From positions 96,001 to 160,000 of the forward strand of contig CBDCNQ010000001.1 of the NCBI GenBank assembly GCA_965219445.1: a DNA stretch of 64,000 nucleotides, given 5' to 3'. Under the pieces are notes generated by a model, which did no database searches, had not been told where the DNA came from, and worked only from the letters and a program-made list of their open reading frames with translations. Position numbers and translations under genes: made by a program. Of the stretch, positions 1-10,663 are shown one piece after another; positions within the stretch are counted from its first letter, which is position 1; every line of letters starts with the position of its first letter. This DNA comes from Longimicrobiales bacterium. Lineage in GTDB: Bacteria > Gemmatimonadota > Gemmatimonadetes > Longimicrobiales > Gaopeijiaceae.

Positions 1-1386
1 GGTAACCCGCACGAACGTCGCTTTCTCCCGCAGCTCCTCCAGGTCGGCCGCTCCGCAGTACCCCATGCCACTCTGAAGGCCGCCAACGAGTTGGAACACC
101 GTATCGGCCATGGGCCCCTTATAGGGGACCCGGGCTTCGATTCCCTCCGGGACCAACTTCCGCAGCTCAGCCGCCGGATCCTGAAAATAGCGGTCGGCGG
201 ACCCCTCCTGCATGGCCGACAAGGAACCCATCCCACGCACGGTCTTGAAGCGGCGCCCTTCCATGAGGAAGCTCTCTCCCGGTGACTCCTCCGTGCCCGC
301 GAACATCGATCCCATCATGACGGCTTGGGCGCCGGCGGCGAGCGCCTTCACAATATCCCCCGAGTAGCGGATTCCCCCGTCGGCGATGACGGGTATCTGA
401 CCCTGAACACCCTCCACGGCATCCATGATGGCTGTCAACTGCGGGAGCCCAACACCCGTCACGACCCGGGTCGTGCAGATCGAACCGGGCCCCACGCCCA
501 CCTTGACCGCGTCCGCTCCCCGCTCCATGAGAGCCGCGGCTCCTTCCTTCGTGCCGACGTTCCCCGCAACGATTTGCGCTTCGGGGAACCGCTTTCGCGC
601 CCGAGATAGCGCCGAGAGTACACCCTCGGAGTGGCCATGGGCCGTATCCAGCACGAGCACGTCCACACCGGCATCGATGAGCTCCCCCGCCCGGTCGAGC
701 GACTCCTTCGAGGCGCCGATCGCCGCTCCGACACGAAGCCTCCCGTGCTCGTCTTTGCACGCTCCGGGAAAGAGCCGTCGCTTGAAGATGTCTTTGACGG
801 TGATCAAGCCCTGCAATATCCCGCTCTCGCCGACCACAGGCAGCTTTTCGATCCGGTGTTCGTGAAGGATCCTCTCGGCGGCCTCGAGCGTCGTCCCCTC
901 CGGGGCCGTAATCAGGGTATCGGAGGTCATCACCTCGCGGATCGTACGATCCAATTCACTCTCGAACAGCAGGTCACGGTTGGTGACGATCCCCACCAGG
1001 CGGCCATCGCTTTCAACGATCGGGACACCGGAGATGGAAAACTGAGCCATGAGCTCGTGTGCGTCACGGAGGGTCTTGTCCGGCGACAACGTGATGGGAT
1101 CCAGAATCATCCCGCTCTCGGAGCGCTTGACCCGGTCCACCTCCGCCGCCTGTGTCTCGACGGACAAGTTCTTGTGGATGACGCCGAGTCCGCCTTCCCG
1201 CGCGATCGCGATGGCCATTTCCGACTCGGTGACCGTATCCATCGCGGCCGTGAGGAGAGGAATTTGCAGATCGATCTCGGTGGTAACGGATGAACGGACC
1301 ACCGTATCCTTCGGATGCACCGTCGAATGCCCCGGCACGAGCAACACGTCGTCGAACGTGAGAGATTCCTTGAGAATCACCGCCAT
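1..1386 (-). CDS. guaB: IMP dehydrogenase (3' end runs off the window)
   Basis: Manual minus-strand translation from ATG 1386: [21 protein letters not shown]..., CBS region, catalytic [20 protein letters not shown]. Missing from the ORF track because the gene is truncated. Confidence 0.95.
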   Translation of the reverse strand, partial: MAVILKESLTFDDVLLVPGHSTVHPKDTVVRSSVTTEIDLQIPLLTAAMDTVTESEMAIAIAREGGLGVIHKNLSVETQAAEVDRVKRSESGMILDPITLSPDKTLRDAHELMAQFSISGVPIVESDGRLVGIVTNRDLLFESELDRTIREVMTSDTLITAPEGTTLEAAERILHEHRIEKLPVVGESGILQGLITVKDIFKRRLFPGACKDEHGRLRVGAAIGASKESLDRAGELIDAGVDVLVLDTAHGHSEGVLSALSRARKRFPEAQIVAGNVGTKEGAAALMERGADAVKVGVGPGSICTTRVVTGVGLPQLTAIMDAVEGVQGQIPVIADGGIRYSGDIVKALAAGAQAVMMGSMFAGTEESPGESFLMEGRRFKTVRGMGSLSAMQEGSADRYFQDPAAELRKLVPEGIEARVPYKGPMADTVFQLVGGLQSGMGYCGAADLEELREKATFVRVT

Positions 1387-1483
1387 GAAGCTATTCCCAT
1401 CCCCCATACACGAGACGCCCGCCCACCCAGAATCTCCTCCAGAGACCCTCGATGAACAGGCGCGTTCGGGACTACCATGGACG

Positions 1484-1513
1484 ATCTTACCGAGGCCCGT
1501 CTCGGGGTGTCAA
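1484..1513 (-). promoter_or_regulatory. Putative sigma70 promoter for guaB
   Basis: Minus-strand TTGACA-N18-TAAGAT about 100 bp upstream of the guaB start. Confidence 0.55.
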
Positions 1514-1560
1514 CCCTCGGGCCAGCTTGTCCATTCCACCCGTCGGCTCTTCTAATCTTG

Positions 1561-1962
1561 TTAGCGCCCTCCAACCGGATCCTCATCCGGGGCCTCGGAC
1601 CGAGGGTCATCATCGGTGCCAGACTCATCCAATAGTGGGGGCTCATCCTCGACGGGGCCCTCCTCAGCACCGGGCGTGAGTTCCTCCATGAGCTTCTTTC
1701 CTGCAGACGAAACGTTGGACAGAACCCGATCCGCGGCCGAAATCAGTTGAAACGCTTCGCGAAGCGTCGCCGGGCTCACTGCGTTCTTTCTCAGCTTGTC
1801 CTCCATCGCTTCGGCAAAACGCTGGAGTCCCGAGGTCTCCTCCGCCCCGTCCGTCCCATACTTACTCTCCAGAAACTCGATGTAATCCAGCATCTGGTAG
1901 ACCTGCTCCTCGGGCAGACTCTCGATCTTTCGCATGAGACGCTGGCGAAGTATGTCGTGCAT
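1561..1962 (-). CDS. Hypothetical protein, DUF2281-like N-terminus, acidic tail
   Basis: 133 aa; KIESLPEEQVYQMLDYIEFLESKY. Confidence 0.7.
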   Translation of the reverse strand: MHDILRQRLMRKIESLPEEQVYQMLDYIEFLESKYGTDGAEETSGLQRFAEAMEDKLRKNAVSPATLREAFQLISAADRVLSNVSSAGKKLMEELTPGAEEGPVEDEPPLLDESGTDDDPRSEAPDEDPVGGR

Positions 1963-2129
1963 GAACGCAGATCCAGATCGGGTTTATGCTCCGTTCGAAT
2001 GTCAACCGCAAGTTAACACAGCGTGGTGTGTAAGGGCGACCGCTTGCCCGACCGCAGAAAGCGCCTAACGTTTGCTGTCATCTTGGGCTCTTTCACTCCT
2101 CTGTACGGCTCCATCAGCCCCTCTAATTC

Positions 2130-2951
2130 ATGACCTTTCTACCCAATCGAGTTGTTGGAATCTCCACGGGCGCCGAGCAACTCTGTTCACGCTGGCTCGA
2201 GTCCATCGATGAGCGCCTAGATGCCGCGGACTGTGACCGCTACGAGCTCTGCAGGTCGGTCCTGACCGAGATCCACTTCCCTCACCTCATCGGGGTGGAT
2301 CCCACCACACTTCCGGTCGCAACGCAGGTCGCGCTCGCGCAGATGGACGCCAGAAACGTGACGTTGGAGCCCGAGTACTACGCTGAGATCGACGTTCGGC
2401 GATATGAGGCCATCAAGCCGCTCATGTGGCTCTGGGAGATGTTCGACCGGAGTGCCCTGGCCGAAAATGTGCACCTCGGTGTCAAATTCCGCCGGATTCT
2501 GGCGAATCGGATCTTTCGGAAATGTGGCGAGAACTTCAAAGCGTTCCACCACGTCAAGCTCTCGTTCGGCTACAACCTTGAGGTCGGAGACAATGTGGTG
2601 GTCCATCGACACGTCTTACTGGATGACCGAGGCGGGATAACTCTCGGAGATGGTGCCTCAATCTCCGATTTCGCCAACGTCTACAGCCATTCGCACGATG
2701 TCGTGGAGGGGCGGGACATCACGACCCCACTGACCATCATCGGCGCTGGAGTCCGGGTCACCTACCATGCCACGGTCATGTCTGGAGTACATCTTGCTGA
2801 AGGGAGCATGCTGGGATCGTTCGCCGTCGCCACGAAGGACACCGAGCCGCACGCTATCTACGCCGGAATACCGGCCAAGAAGATCAAGGACAAGCCGGCT
2901 GGGTCCCGGCAGCCTCCTACGCCCGACCCTCTAGCAGATCCATCGACGTGA
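2130..2951 (+). CDS. Hexapeptide-repeat (left-handed beta-helix) acyltransferase
   Basis: NLEVGDNVVVH, GITLGDGASISD, IIGAGVRV and AGIPAKKIK motifs. Confidence 0.85.
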   Translation: MTFLPNRVVGISTGAEQLCSRWLESIDERLDAADCDRYELCRSVLTEIHFPHLIGVDPTTLPVATQVALAQMDARNVTLEPEYYAEIDVRRYEAIKPLMWLWEMFDRSALAENVHLGVKFRRILANRIFRKCGENFKAFHHVKLSFGYNLEVGDNVVVHRHVLLDDRGGITLGDGASISDFANVYSHSHDVVEGRDITTPLTIIGAGVRVTYHATVMSGVHLAEGSMLGSFAVATKDTEPHAIYAGIPAKKIKDKPAGSRQPPTPDPLADPST

Positions 2952-2983
2952 GCCAGACGGCCTGTTGAAGAAGTACTAGCCTT

Positions 2984-4942
2984 CTACCCTTCCTCCGCTT
3001 CGTACTGAGTCTTCAGCTGCTCCACAACTGCTGGATCGGCCAGGGTCGTTGTATCGCCTAACGCCTTCCCCTCTGCAACATCCTTCAAGAGCCTCCGCAT
3101 GATCTTGCCGGATCGGGTCTTCGGTAGGTCAGCCGTGAAGATCACCGTCTCGGGACGTGCGATCGCCCCGATCTTTTCGGCGACATGCTTCTTCAATTCC
3201 ACCTCGAGGTCGTCGTCCCCCCTCTCACCTCCCTTCAGCGTCACGAAGGCGGCGACGGCCTGACCCTTAACGTCGTGTGACTTGCTGACCACGGCGGCCT
3301 CGACAACGACGGGGTGATCCACCAGCGCGCTCTCGACCTCCATCGTACCGATTCGGTGCCCAGCCACGTTGAGTACGTCATCCACCCGGCCCAGAATCCA
3401 CAAGTACCCGTCATCGTCCCGTTTTGCGCCGTCTCCGGGGAAGTAGATTCCCTCCCACTTGGACCAGTACGTCTCGCGGTAGCGCTCCTCGTCTCCGTAG
3501 ATCGTGCGGAGCATGGACGGCCACGGCTCGGTAATCGCCAGCAAGCCGGCGTCCACTTCTGCGCCGTCGTCATCGAGCAGGGCGACCGAAATCCCCGGAA
3601 AGGGTTGTGTGGCGCTTCCCGGACGCGTCTCGGTGACCGCTGGAAGCGGCGTGATCATGATGGCGCCGGTCTCGGTCTGCCACCACGTATCTACGATTGG
3701 GCAACGCTCCTTTCCGAGAACGCGATGGTACCACATCCACGCCTCCGGATTGATCGGCTCGCCCACGCTCCCGAGGAGACGGAGCTTGGACAGATCATGT
3801 TTTTCCGGCCATTCCTCGCCCCATTTCATGAACGCCCGAATCGCCGTTGGTGCCGTATAAAAGACCGTCACACCGTACTTTTCACAGAAATCCCAGAATC
3901 GGTCCTTTTCGGGCCAATCAGGCGCACCTTCGTACATGAGGGTGGTGGCACCGTTGGCCAGGGGGCCGTAGACGATATAACTGTGCCCCGTGACCCATCC
4001 GACGTCGGCGGTGCACCAATAGACGTCGTCCTCCCTGAGATCGAAGACACACTGCGTGGTGGCGGCGACCTGGGTCAAGTAGCCACCGGTGGTGTGCACC
4101 ACGCCCTTGGGTTTTCCCGTCGTTCCGGACGTGTAGAGGATGTACAGCAGGTCCTCGGCATCCATGACCTCGGGGGCGCAGTCCGCGGTCACAGCGGCGA
4201 TGAGGTCGTGATACCAATGATCGCGACCCGCTTCCATATGGGTGTCGAGCCGGGGGGTGAGATCCGCCCCCCTCGCGACCACGACCACGTGCTCGATCGT
4301 CGTGCAGGACTCCAACGCCTTGTCGGCATTCACCTTGAGGGGGACGATCCCACCCCGTCGGTACCCGCCGTCGGCAGTGATCAACACCTTCGCCGTGGCA
4401 TCATTGATGCGATCGGAGAGAGATTCCGGACTGAATCCACCGAAGACCACCGAATGGGGAGCACCGATGCGCGTGCACGCGAGCATGGCGATCGCGGCTT
4501 CAGGAATCATGGGTAGGTAGATGGCCACGCGATCACCCTTCCCCACCCCCAAGCCCTTCAGCGCATTCGCGAACTGACATACCTCCCGGTGGAGGCTCTC
4601 AAACGTGTACTCGCGGACATCGCCCGGCTCTCCCTCCCAAATTAACGCAACCTTGTTCCGGCGCGGCCCATCCAGGTGTCTATCCAGACAGTTATGGGAG
4701 ACGTTGAGCTTTCCTCCGACGAACCACCTGGCGTGAGGGGGCTCCCATTCGAGCACCGTGTGCCATCTCTCGAACCAATCGAGTTTCTCCGCCCACGATT
4801 CCCAGAAAGCGAGGCGATCCGCAGACGCACTTTCGTACAGGCCTCGATCGGGTACGACCGCCCCTTCTCCAAAATTCCCGGGCGGTGGAAATCGGCGATT
4901 CTCGGTTAGGAGCACGTCGAAACCCTGACCCCCTGTGCTCAT
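2984..4942 (-). CDS. acs: Acetyl-CoA synthetase
   Basis: [39 protein letters not shown]. Confidence 0.97.
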   Translation of the reverse strand: MSTGGQGFDVLLTENRRFPPPGNFGEGAVVPDRGLYESASADRLAFWESWAEKLDWFERWHTVLEWEPPHARWFVGGKLNVSHNCLDRHLDGPRRNKVALIWEGEPGDVREYTFESLHREVCQFANALKGLGVGKGDRVAIYLPMIPEAAIAMLACTRIGAPHSVVFGGFSPESLSDRINDATAKVLITADGGYRRGGIVPLKVNADKALESCTTIEHVVVVARGADLTPRLDTHMEAGRDHWYHDLIAAVTADCAPEVMDAEDLLYILYTSGTTGKPKGVVHTTGGYLTQVAATTQCVFDLREDDVYWCTADVGWVTGHSYIVYGPLANGATTLMYEGAPDWPEKDRFWDFCEKYGVTVFYTAPTAIRAFMKWGEEWPEKHDLSKLRLLGSVGEPINPEAWMWYHRVLGKERCPIVDTWWQTETGAIMITPLPAVTETRPGSATQPFPGISVALLDDDGAEVDAGLLAITEPWPSMLRTIYGDEERYRETYWSKWEGIYFPGDGAKRDDDGYLWILGRVDDVLNVAGHRIGTMEVESALVDHPVVVEAAVVSKSHDVKGQAVAAFVTLKGGERGDDDLEVELKKHVAEKIGAIARPETVIFTADLPKTRSGKIMRRLLKDVAEGKALGDTTTLADPAVVEQLKTQYEAEEG

Positions 4943-5108
4943 TCGAGTCCCCCGCTTCCGATTTCCTCACCCATGTGATCTCCTCCGTACTCCGTAGTGG
5001 ACCATCGGTGTGCCGAACCCGCTCAGTAGACCGACACAGTTGCGTTCGGCGTGCGCCCGCCAGAGTAGGGCAGTCGAGCAGCAAACGGCAAGCGCCGGCG
5101 GAGAATCC

Positions 5109-5669
5109 TTACCCCGCCTCTATCAGTGAGGACCTGAGGCCTCGATGAGCCAGGGCCCGCTCGAAGGCGGCGGTCGCGGCCGACGCCAACGCGGACACCG
5201 CGCTTGCCCCTGCGCTCAAAGCTTCCGACGGGATTGTGAGCTTGATGCGCACCTCCGTCTCGGCGGCTCGTGGATCGTCCTTCGGATCATCCATCCTCAA
5301 CCGCAACACGAGCGGGGTATGCGAGTGCTCGGGGAGGCAGTCGGCGGTGACCCTAGAAAGGGCAGCGAGAAGGTCGGGCATCGGCCCCAACAGCCCCAGT
5401 TCCGGGCCGGTCACGACCAGAGCGAGATTTCCCTTGAGGCCCTTTGTCGTCTCGTCGAGGAACACATCGATACTCACGAAATCCGGACCCTCATCGTCAT
5501 GAAAGAAAAGGTAAGCGCTACGTGAGCTTTCCCCCTCCCACCGGCCCTCGAACTGGTGACTGGTAGTCTTCTGGAGGCCGGAGAGTACCCAACCGGAACG
5601 TGTGATACCGTCCTGAACCGCCTCGATAAGCGGCTCGAGAGTCAGTAGGTGCTGGGCGTCGTCGGTCAT
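5109..5669 (-). CDS. Hypothetical protein
   Basis: 186 aa ORF with protein-like composition, co-directional with acs. Confidence 0.7.
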   Translation of the reverse strand: MTDDAQHLLTLEPLIEAVQDGITRSGWVLSGLQKTTSHQFEGRWEGESSRSAYLFFHDDEGPDFVSIDVFLDETTKGLKGNLALVVTGPELGLLGPMPDLLAALSRVTADCLPEHSHTPLVLRLRMDDPKDDPRAAETEVRIKLTIPSEALSAGASAVSALASAATAAFERALAHRGLRSSLIEAG

Positions 5670-5705
5670 GGCACAGGCCGGAGTCGGGGGATATATTGTA
5701 ATATC

Positions 5706-6179
5706 ATGAAATCACCGAGTACGAACTCTCAAGATGTGGTGTTACGCCGGACTCTTCAGGAGAACGGGCACCGTTACACTGATCAACGCGCCGCCGTTTT
5801 CAGGCTTGTGGCGCGCAGCAGAGTCCACCCCACCGCGGAGGACGTGTTCCTGGGCGTGCGTACCGAAGTCCCCGGAATCTCGCTCGCGACGGTCTACAAG
5901 AGCCTCGAAACGTTGGTCAGCTGCGGACTGGCGAAGAAGCTCAACCCTCCGGACGGCTCGGCCCGATTTTGTGGCCGGACGGAACCCCACCATCATGCGC
6001 GGTGCCTGGCCTGCGGGGGCGTGTCGGACGTCTCCGGCGAACTCGGCGCCGCGGAAATCGCCGCCCTCCGATCGCGGGCTAATGGATTTCACTTGGTGGG
6101 ATACGAGCTCGAATTGACGGGGTACTGCTCGGACTGCACGCCGCCGACAGGTAACCGGGCCGGCGCCTCCTCCAACTGA
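5706..6179 (+). CDS. Fur/PerR-family transcriptional regulator
   Basis: HPTAEDVF, ISLATVYKSL, HHHARCLACG and GYCSDC; ATG 5706 chosen as start. Confidence 0.92.
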   Translation: MKSPSTNSQDVVLRRTLQENGHRYTDQRAAVFRLVARSRVHPTAEDVFLGVRTEVPGISLATVYKSLETLVSCGLAKKLNPPDGSARFCGRTEPHHHARCLACGGVSDVSGELGAAEIAALRSRANGFHLVGYELELTGYCSDCTPPTGNRAGASSN

Positions 6180-6249
6180 CGTCATCACCCTGGGTGCGCC
6201 GCGTCAGCTCCCTCGTCTAAGGGGCGAAGCCACGTTTGATCCGTCCGAC

Positions 6250-7725
6250 GTGCTCCCTTACGCTAGCGCGGCTGGTCCGTTGTCGATCCGGCCGACGGCC
6301 GTGGCGCGCCCGATGGACGCCGACGATATCTCCACGGTGCTCCGTTGGGCCTCCCAGCATGGGGAGCCCGTCGTTCCCAGAGGCGCGGGCACGGGCCTGC
6401 CGGGTGGCAACGTCGGGCACGGCATCGCGCTAGATGTCAGTGTAGGCTTCAAGACCCTTGGGCCCTTGGACATATCCGGCCGTACTGTGCGCGTAGAGCC
6501 GGGTGTCTTGGCCGGGGATGTGGACCGGGCGGCCCGACGGGCAGGCTTGTTCCTCCCTCCACTACCGTCGAGCGCTGACCGATGCACGGTCGGAGGGATG
6601 GTCGCGAACAACGCCGCCGGGGCGCGGACGTTCAAGTACGGAGCCACACGTGATTGGGTCCAGGCGCTTGACGTGGTCACCGCCGACGGGAGCCAGTATC
6701 GCCTCGCGGGGGGTGAGACGATGCCGCCCGAGTTCCGCGAACTCCACACCGAACTGCGGACGGATCTGGAGAGCGAGCCCGAGGGGTGGCCCAATGTCCG
6801 AAAGAACTCCAGTGGCTACGCGCTCGACCGGTTCCTGCCGGGGGCAGACGCGGTTCAGCTCGTCGTCGGGAGCGAGGGGACGATCGCCGTTGTGACATCG
6901 GTCACGCTGGCCCTAGCGCCGCTGCCTGAGGCACAGGCTGTGTCCCTCATCGTGCTTCGGAACAAGCTCGACCTCCCCATCCTAATCCAGTGGGCCCGGG
7001 ACAACGACGCCTCCGCCTGTGAATTCTTCGGGCGTCGCTTTCTGGAGGTCGTTTCGCTCTCCGGGCACACCGTAGCCGGAGCGGCCGTCGAGGGTGCCGA
7101 GGCCGCTCTGCTCTTGGAATTGGACGGCGACCGGGACTCCGTTTCGACGGGAGCGGAGTCGCTACGGATCCTGGCCCGCGAACTAGGTCTGCAAGCCATC
7201 GTGGGCCTGGAAGAGATCGACCGCCGGAACCTGTGGAGCCTGCGGCACGCCGCCAGCCCGTTGATCGCTGAGTCTGCCCGGACCGGACTCTTGTCTACTC
7301 AGATCATCGAGGACTCGGCCGTGCCACCTGAGGCGCTCGGAGCCTACCTTTCGGGGCTCGATGAGATCCTACACTCGGCCGACACCGACGCTGTGATTTT
7401 TGGCCATGCGGGAGACGCCAACGTCCACGTAAACCCTTTGCTCGACATTCGACGACCGTCGTGGCGAGATCTTGCCCGTACCATCCTGGGGGAAACTGCG
7501 GGTCTCGTGGCTGAGCTCGGAGGAACCCTTTCCGGAGAGCACGGAGACGGGCGGCTTCGTGCACCCTTCCTGGAGCAAATCTGGGGGTCGAAGCTGACAG
7601 CGTGTTTCGAGAGAACGAAGGCCACGCTCGATCCGTTCGGAATCCTCAATCCAGGCGTGATCATCCCGCGCCCGGGCCAGGACCCGCTGGAAGGCCTTTG
7701 GCCTCAATATGGCGGTTCGGCATGA
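6250..7725 (+). CDS. FAD-binding oxidoreductase (GlcD/D-lactate dehydrogenase-like); start uncertain
   Basis: PRGAGTGLPGG, GGMVANNAAG, VGSEGT, FGHAGDANVH, SGEHGDG, DPFGILNPG. Confidence 0.9.
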   Translation: MLPYASAAGPLSIRPTAVARPMDADDISTVLRWASQHGEPVVPRGAGTGLPGGNVGHGIALDVSVGFKTLGPLDISGRTVRVEPGVLAGDVDRAARRAGLFLPPLPSSADRCTVGGMVANNAAGARTFKYGATRDWVQALDVVTADGSQYRLAGGETMPPEFRELHTELRTDLESEPEGWPNVRKNSSGYALDRFLPGADAVQLVVGSEGTIAVVTSVTLALAPLPEAQAVSLIVLRNKLDLPILIQWARDNDASACEFFGRRFLEVVSLSGHTVAGAAVEGAEAALLLELDGDRDSVSTGAESLRILARELGLQAIVGLEEIDRRNLWSLRHAASPLIAESARTGLLSTQIIEDSAVPPEALGAYLSGLDEILHSADTDAVIFGHAGDANVHVNPLLDIRRPSWRDLARTILGETAGLVAELGGTLSGEHGDGRLRAPFLEQIWGSKLTACFERTKATLDPFGILNPGVIIPRPGQDPLEGLWPQYGGSA

Positions 7726-9365
7726 TCCGCCTCCCCGCTTTCCGGATTCCCGTGAGCCTCGCACACGTGGCCCGAGTCAAGACGGCTTTCCTGGGGCTCT
7801 TGCCTCTGCTGCTTCTGTCCGTCTGGGCCGGGGCGGACTGGAATGACGACGAGTCGGCACCTCCACCGCCGCCCGATGAGGTTGTAGAAGCCGTTCCCCC
7901 AGCAGTACCGCCACCTCCTGGTCCTGAGGTCCTCGCGCTGCGGCGGGACCTTTCGGGCCTGCTGAGTACAGAGCCATTGCGGAGAGCAGAGTGGAGTATC
8001 CTCGTCGTCTCGCTCGAGGAAGGAGACACGTTGTTCGCGCAGGACGAGGACCGATTCCTGGCGCCGGCGTCAAACATGAAGATCGCAACGACCACCGCGG
8101 CCCTCCACTTCCTTGGGCCTTTTTTTAGATACCAGACGTTTGTCTACGCGGACGGGCCCATCGAAAACGGCATCCTTGGAGGGGATTTGATCCTCTACGG
8201 AACGGGAGATCCGGGTATCTCGGAGCGCTTTTATCGAAATCGCACGGACGTGTTCGAAGCGTTCGCCGACCAGATCGCCAAGGCCGGCATCACCCGTGTC
8301 GAGGGCGCGGTCATCGGCGACGCGACGTATTTCTCGGGGCCCGAGCTAGGACCGGAGTGGGATCCGAGGGACCTGAACGAGTGGTTTGCCGCCTCAGCAT
8401 CATCACTCTCCTTCAACGAAAACATCGTCACCCTTCAGATCCTTCCCTCGGCTCGCCTGAGCTCCCCGCCCAGGATTGAAACGATCCCTTTCGGATTTCC
8501 ACTGGAGGTGAGCAATCGGGCGGAGACCGTGGTTGGCCGTCCCCGTCCCAATCTCTGGTTAGACCGCGTCGAGCCCACGGCGCGTATTCGAGTCGACGGA
8601 GAAATTCGGCAGGGAGGGCCGGATATCTGGCGCCGCCTGACCGTGCCGGATCCGGCATTCTTCGCGGCTCGGGCTCTTAGAGAGGTGCTTATCTCCGAAG
8701 GCATCGGCGTCAGCGCGCCGGAGAGAGCCGTCCATATCGAGTCGGATTCCAGGATTACGGGGCGGGCGTCGTGGGCCCCCGGACTCCGTGACGGAGATGA
8801 GCCGCAGCTCCTCGCCCAGCACACGTCCCCGGAACTGCTCGAATATCTGATGGTCGTCAACCATGAAAGCCACAACTTGTTCGCCGAGACGATCATCAAG
8901 ACCATCGGCAAAGTCGCGACTGGAGACGGATCCTTCGAAGGCGGCGCCCGTGCGGTTCAGTCGTTCGCCACGAGGGAAGCTGGGGTCGAGGCCGAGCAGA
9001 TCATCGCAGTGGACGGTTCCGGGCTGTCCAAAGGCAACCGGACGAGCGCCGGCGCCCTGGTCGGACTCTTGTTACACGTGGCCACATCAGATAATTGGGA
9101 TGCGTTCGTCTCGACTCTGCCCGAGGCCGGCCGATCCCTCCGAAGAATGTACGGGACTCGTGCGGCCCGTAACCTCCGGGCCAAGACGGGGACCATCGAT
9201 GGCGTCTCGGCCCTCACGGGAATCGTCACGACCCAGGATGGCGAGACACTACTCTTCAGTATTCTTTCGAATGAGCTCCGATCCACCGGCTCAGCCAAGC
9301 GCGTCGAGGATCGGATCGGCGCTCGTCTAGCTGAGTTCCGGCGAAGGCTTAGTCCCACGTCCTAG
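7722..9365 (+). CDS. dacB: D-Ala-D-Ala carboxypeptidase/endopeptidase (PBP4, peptidase S13)
   Basis: PASNMK (SxxK), SHN, DGSGLS, AKTGT; ATGA overlap with the upstream gene. Confidence 0.93.
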   Translation: MIRLPAFRIPVSLAHVARVKTAFLGLLPLLLLSVWAGADWNDDESAPPPPPDEVVEAVPPAVPPPPGPEVLALRRDLSGLLSTEPLRRAEWSILVVSLEEGDTLFAQDEDRFLAPASNMKIATTTAALHFLGPFFRYQTFVYADGPIENGILGGDLILYGTGDPGISERFYRNRTDVFEAFADQIAKAGITRVEGAVIGDATYFSGPELGPEWDPRDLNEWFAASASSLSFNENIVTLQILPSARLSSPPRIETIPFGFPLEVSNRAETVVGRPRPNLWLDRVEPTARIRVDGEIRQGGPDIWRRLTVPDPAFFAARALREVLISEGIGVSAPERAVHIESDSRITGRASWAPGLRDGDEPQLLAQHTSPELLEYLMVVNHESHNLFAETIIKTIGKVATGDGSFEGGARAVQSFATREAGVEAEQIIAVDGSGLSKGNRTSAGALVGLLLHVATSDNWDAFVSTLPEAGRSLRRMYGTRAARNLRAKTGTIDGVSALTGIVTTQDGETLLFSILSNELRSTGSAKRVEDRIGARLAEFRRRLSPTS

Positions 9366-9602
9366 GGAGGCTCTCCCTAGCGCCGACCGAAGTCGCCTCC
9401 GAAGCTCCACGCCCGACATCGTGGCCAACGTCCTCTCGGCTGTGCCCTTACTGTTCCACCTCACGTCGAGAAGATCAAAGCCCTCGTCTTCGGCGTCTTC
9501 TGGGTGGAAAAAGAGATGGTGACGCCCCTTGAAATCGAGGCCCGCCTCCGAGTGCGCCGTGGCCACCCAGACACCGCCATCCGAATCCAGAAATCTTCTC
9601 AT
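9327..9602 (-). CDS. Small hypothetical protein
   Basis: 91 aa ORF MRRFLDSDGGVW...; convergent overlap with dacB. Confidence 0.65.
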   Translation of the reverse strand: MRRFLDSDGGVWVATAHSEAGLDFKGRHHLFFHPEDAEDEGFDLLDVRWNSKGTAERTLATMSGVELRRRLRSALGRASLGRGTKPSPELS

Positions 9603-9679
9603 TTGCGGCTCATTTCGCGTTTATTACCCGGATATCAACATCGTGGATGGGCTGAGTAGGCTTTGGGGTCACCCAAAGT

Positions 9680-9805
9680 TAGTGTAGTGTCCCAGAAGTG
9701 TCTGGGCCATTGATCTCGCTGTGCTCGATCGTCTCGCGGTTAACTCGGCACCCACGATGAGCATGAAGGTGCTCGGCTCGAGCGAACTTCTGGGACACCA
9801 CACTA
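9680..9805. mobile_element. MITE-like element, probably IS630-derived
   Basis: 20-bp terminal inverted repeats, TAGTGTAGTGTCCCAGAAGT (9680-9699) and ACTTCTGGGACACCACACTA (9786-9805), with 1 mismatch; TA termini within TTAG/CTAG. Confidence 0.7.
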
Positions 9806-10213
9806 GGTCTACCGAATCGGTAATACAGCTGGCGTAGAGCCGCTTGGCAATCCCGAGAGCGAGGAGCACTTGGTGCCCCAACCCCCAAACACCAGCCCTG
9901 TTCGCACGAGGGGGCTGGAGACGCGAGCCGCCGACCCAAAGCCGCCACACCTACGGACTGACTTGGCGCTCCTCGGAATGAGTTTGATCTGGGGTGTCAA
10001 TTTTTCAGTGATCAAGATCGCTCTCAGGGAGTTTGAACCACTGGCCTTCAACGCCCTACGTTTCGTGCTGGCGTCGTTGACCCTCTTCCTTTTCTTGAGA
10101 GTGAGCGGCTCCGTTCCGTTTCCCGCACGACGACACTGGGCCCTCTCTGCCAACTTACGTGAGACACGGAGCAGCTAAGGAATTAGAGTAGGGCGAAGGC
10201 AGAGAAACCGAGG

Positions 10214-10663
10214 ATGCTGAGACACCGAGAGAGAATGAAAGAGAATGGAATAGCCCCACCAACCTGGGACGGTAAGCGAAGCGCGGCAGCTCCTGCGGAC
10301 TCGGAGGTGGTAGATAGGCCGCTGCGCCGGCGGTTCGCTCCGTCGTACAAGCTGCGGATCGTCGAAGAAGCGGACCGGTGCACGGAGCCCGGAGAGGTTG
10401 GCCGACTCCTACGGCGGGAGGGCTTGTACTCGTCGCACCTGACGACATGGCGCAAGGCGGCGCATAGCGGGTCCCTGAAAGCGCTGTCGAAGAAACGAGG
10501 CCGTAAGCGCGAGCGCAATCCGCTGGAGGAGAAGGTGCGCAAGCTGGAGCGCGAGAACACTCGCCTCGAGAAGGAGCTCCAGAAGGCGCACTTGATCATC
10601 GACGTCCAGGGAAAAGTTGCAGGGCTGCTGGGATTGAGCCTCGAGGACGGGACGAACTCATGA
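10214..10663 (+). CDS. IS3 OrfA (HTH plus coiled coil)
   Basis: RRRFAPSYKLRIV...LLRREGLYSSHLTTWR; EKVRKLERENTRLEKEL. Confidence 0.9.
   Translation: MLRHRERMKENGIAPPTWDGKRSAAAPADSEVVDRPLRRRFAPSYKLRIVEEADRCTEPGEVGRLLRREGLYSSHLTTWRKAAHSGSLKALSKKRGRKRERNPLEEKVRKLERENTRLEKELQKAHLIIDVQGKVAGLLGLSLEDGTNS

Noticed and set aside
91..1555. Listed ORFs over 1-1400 and other long antisense ORFs (e.g. 3314..4516, 51562..52770, 60802..61770)
   Set aside because: Shadow frames of real genes in GC-rich DNA, with no family motifs.
2020..2029. AGCGTGGTGT as a third MITE end
   Set aside because: Only about 10 bp match and no partner repeat.
9679..9948. 89-aa ORF ending TSGTLH as a transposase
   Set aside because: Only the last codons come from the MITE IR; no DDE motifs.
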